DNA from: Candidatus Poribacteria bacterium
Lineage (GTDB): Bacteria; Poribacteria; WGA-4E; PCPOR2b
NCBI GenBank assembly: GCA_965215015.1
Contig: OZ244042.1
Span: 3,456,001 to 3,520,000 of the forward strand
Direction of reading: 5' to 3'
Length of the DNA stretch: 64,000 nucleotides
Positions 61,105 to 64,000 of the stretch are shown in pieces. Within the stretch, counting starts at the first letter, position 1; every line of letters starts with the position of its first letter. Position numbers and translations under genes: made by a program. Under the pieces are notes generated by a model. It saw only the letters and a list, made by a program, of their open reading frames with translations, ran no database searches and was not told the origin of the DNA.

Positions 61105-62214
61105 ATGATCGCGGCGCATACCGATGTCGTTGGAAGTTTGCTCCGTCCGCCTGAACTGCTCAAAGCGAGGAACGAGATTGCCGCGGGCAAAATGACGCCA
61201 GCGGCGTTCAAGGCTATCGAAGATCAAGCAGTTGATAAAGCTGTCGCCCTTCAGGAAGGGGTGGGCTTGGAGGTCGTTACCGATGGTGAAATGCGTCGGT
61301 TATCTTTCCAGAGCCAGATGACAGAAGCGGTCGCCGGTTTCGGTAAATATAACCTCAATGCCTTCCTCTGGGGTGATTGGCGCGGCGACGGAGGTGCGGG
61401 GAGCTTGAGTATAGAACGCCCCAAGGGTTTGGGTGTTGTCGGCAAGCTCAACCGCAAGCGTCATCTTTCAGGGGAAGAGTTCACCTACCTGCGAGCGCGG
61501 ACGACTCGCATACCGAAGATTACGTTGCCTAGTCCCAGCATGTGGACAAACTTCTGGTCGTCAGAGCACTCTCCGCCCGCCTATCCTACGCTCGAGAGTT
61601 TTCTTGTGGATGTCGTTGACCTTATACGGGGCGAGGTCGCCGAGTTGGTCCGACTGGGTGCAACCTACATTCAGCTGGATGCTCCCCATTATCCGTTGCT
61701 ACTCGATCCTAAGACTAGAGCTTTCTACGAAAGACAAGGCTGGGGGCTTGATCAGTGGCTGGACCGAGGCGTTGAGATGGACAACGCTGTGATTGGCGAT
61801 TTTTCAGATGTGACGTTTGGCTTTCACCTCTGACGCGGCAATCAGAGCAGCCGGTGGTTGGTCGAAGGAGGTTATGAGCTGATAGCCAAACCGATTTTCC
61901 AAGGCATCCGGGCCCAGCGTCTACTGCTTGAATACGATGACGAACGCTCCGGTTCATTTGAACCGTTGAAGGAGATTCCTGATGACAAGATTGTCGTTTT
62001 AGGGTTGGTTACGACGAAAACGCCACGCCGAGAAACGCCGGAAGCACTCACCGCACGCGTTAAGGAAGCCAGCCAATTTGTGCCGATAGAACGGCTTGCA
62101 TTGAGTCCACAGTGTGGCTTTTCAACTTCGGTTGTTGGCAATCGCATTACAGTAGAAGACCAGAGGCATAAGTTGTCGGTGGTTGTTGAGACTGCTAGAA
62201 GGGTGTGGGGCTAA
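61105..62214 (+). CDS. Cobalamin-independent methionine synthase II-like Zn enzyme with in-frame UGA (probable selenocysteine)
   Basis: VGSLLRP, TDGEMRR, IQLDAP, H-L-UGA-R-G-N, LLEYD and LSPQCGF; ORFs 61087-61833 and 61858-62214 are in frame; SECIS-like hairpin at 61845-61863. Confidence 0.85.
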
Positions 62215-62225
62215 ACTGGGGAGAC

Positions 62226-62312
62226 TCATGTTAAAGGAAAGTGTAAAACGCTAAGAGCTCCCAAGTTTTTCCGAAAAAATTCGGGAGCTGTTGCACGATT
62301 TCTTAACATGAG
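62226..62312. repeat. ~85-bp inverted-repeat (MITE/REP-like) element
   Basis: CTCATGTTAA...TTGCACGATTTCTTAACATGAG; related copies at ~47280-47365 and ~18314-18385. Confidence 0.7.
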
Positions 62313-62414
62313 CCACTGGAGAAAACAGACAAGGTACACCTAGCATCAGATTAAATGGTGCTTTTTGAAGCGTACATTAAAAAACATGAATACGAGTTCA
62401 ATTGGAGGAAGGAT

Positions 62415-62621
62415 ATGGCGCAAACTCCTAAAAACCATCAAACCCGAACTGAATCTATTGGGAAATGGACAATTCGGATTAGATCTTACCAACTCGGTGA
62501 TGTGTATATCTGTACTGTAGACAATGTGAGCCCCGGTGCCGTCATTGCTCGATCTACGGCTGCAGCCCGCGCGGAGGCAGAATCCGAGGCGTTGGCGCAA
62601 GCGAAAGCCGCGATGGCATAA
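62415..62621 (+). CDS. Small hypothetical protein
   Basis: GGAGG RBS, 68 aa, SYQLGDVYICTVDNVSPGAVIAR. Confidence 0.65.
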   Translation: MAQTPKNHQTRTESIGKWTIRIRSYQLGDVYICTVDNVSPGAVIARSTAAARAEAESEALAQAKAAMA

Positions 62622-62745
62622 TCGCGTTATACGAAATTGGCTCATGGAAAAAGAAAGTGCAAAGCGCAAAGAGAAGCCGAGCCTTGCCGAAAAAACTCGG
62701 TTTTTGGTGTCTTTGTAGAAAGTAAGAAAAGTTGGGAGCGATAGG

Positions 62746-63807
62746 ATGAACCTAAATAAGTTGTCACGAAAACACACCCTCACAAGTCTGGCAAAAACAT
62801 GCGGGTGAGCGGCGAAGGTCAGTCCAGTTGGACTAGGAGAACTCTTGGCAAAATTGCCGAAGAAAAAGGACCCGAATCTGCTCGTTGGATTTGAAACGAG
62901 CGACGATGCCGGCATCTACCGCCTCGATGATGAAATGGCACTGGTTACGACCGCCGATTTTATCACGCCGCCGGTGGATGACCCGTATCTGTTTGGTCAG
63001 ATTGCTGCAGCCAATTCAATCAGTGATATTTATGCAATGGGCGGCAGACCTGTGACCTGTCTGAATCTGGTGGGGTTTCCGGCGGATAAATTGGGTCCAG
63101 AAATCCTGCACGGAATTGTCGAAGGCGCGTTGAGCAAAATCACCGAAGCCGGCGCAGTCTTGGCGGGCGGGCATACGACCGACGATGAGGAGCCCAAGTT
63201 TGGGTTATCGGTCACTGGGATTGTGCATCCGGAAAAATATTGGCGAAATGTCGGTGCGGAACCGGGGGATGTACTGATCTTGACCAAACCGATTGGCAGC
63301 GGCGTGATTTTTAACGCCAATCTGAAAAACTGGGTGTCAGACCAAGCGTTAGACGAATGTATACAGACTCTCACGATGCTCAACAAGCAGGCGGCGTCGG
63401 TTATGGCTGACTTTGACATCCATGCGGTAACGGACATCACCGGATTCGGATTGGGTGGGCATGCATTGGAAATGGCGGAAGGGTCGGTTGTGACTTTGGA
63501 AATTCACACCGACGCCGTGCCGATTATGCGCGAGGCACTAGAGATGTACCAAAAAGGGATGCGGACCGGTGTCAACGCCGCCAATCGAGCCTTGATTGAA
63601 GATTCCGCACGTTTTGAAAAATCGCTCCCTCCATGGCATGAGGAAATCTTCGTTGATCCGCAGACCAGCGGTGGATTGCTGATGTCTGTGCCGGCTGCTC
63701 AAAGCGAATCGCTGTTGACGGTTCTACACAATGGGGGTGTGGCAAAAGCACAGGTTATTGGAGTTGTGAAGTCCTTTGTCGAACCGAACTATCTTGTTTT
63801 TGTATAA
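62746..63807 (+). CDS. selD: Selenophosphate synthetase (SelD/SenC), selenocysteine-containing
   Basis: MNLNK...LTSLAKTCG-UGA-AAKVSP is in frame with ORF 62845-63807 (DDAGIY, AANSISDIYAMGG, DITGFGL, DPQTSGGLL); hairpin AGTCC-AGTT-GGACT 12 nt after the UGA. Confidence 0.93.
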
Positions 63808-63810
63808 ACT

Positions 63811-64000
63811 ATGAAAATCTGCTTAATTACCCCCGCCCCGACATACTCTCGGAAGGGCAACCGCGTGACAGCCCTGCGTTGGGCTCATATCTTACGAGAA
63901 CTAGGCCACCGCGTCATTATCGTTCAAGAATATCAAGGAGAGCGATGCGACCTGTTAGTCGCGCTCCACGCGCGCCGCAGCCACGCTTCTATTGCGCGTT
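63811..64000 (+). CDS. senB: Selenosugar synthase SenB-type glycosyltransferase, N-terminus (runs off window)
   Basis: Not in ORF track. [31 protein letters not shown]...[12 protein letters not shown]; directly after selD. Confidence 0.85.
   Translation, partial: MKICLITPAPTYSRKGNRVTALRWAHILRELGHRVIIVQEYQGERCDLLVALHARRSHASIAR

Noticed and set aside
61831-61833. Nonsense mutation (pseudogene) reading of the MetE-like and selD UGA codons
   Set aside because: Both UGAs align with conserved Cys/Sec positions, keep the frame and have downstream hairpins at SECIS spacing. Selenocysteine is more parsimonious, though unproven.
1-64000. tRNA, rRNA or transposase genes
   Set aside because: None recognised by eye; a tRNAscan/Rfam run would be needed to exclude, for example, tRNA-Sec.

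Overview
Bacterial window, about 50% GC, with REP-rich intergenic regions. The gene repertoire resembles sponge-associated Ca. Poribacteria (inference only). Positions 1-15.6 kb hold a minus-strand type I-A-like CRISPR-Cas locus: WYL regulator, cas6, cas3 (helicase with C-terminal HD), cas8a with a likely internal cas11 start, cas7/DevR, cas5, cas1, cas2 and a cas4 cut by the window edge. No CRISPR array is visible in the window. The locus is interleaved with four intact collagen-like lipoprotein genes, each carrying ragged pieces of the same neighbours (a nucleoside 2-deoxyribosyltransferase-like gene and the tail of an unknown gene). Two copies of a WYL/PafBC-style operator-promoter (CCGACR-N5-TGACGG-N10-TATAAT) point into these blocks. 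This WYL-CRISPR-collagen-lipoprotein arrangement is the best candidate for an undescribed system. The middle of the window holds a DUF433/PIN toxin-antitoxin pair, catabolic enzymes, two amt genes with sigma54/NtrC-like and ANTAR-like signals, an orphan cytochrome b, a large N6-adenine RM gene, hflKC-lipA, and VWA and YCF48-repeat proteins. The right end is a selenium cluster missed by the ORF track: a probable selenocysteine-containing MetE-like enzyme (HLU-RGN), a selenocysteine-containing SelD/SenC and the start of senB.
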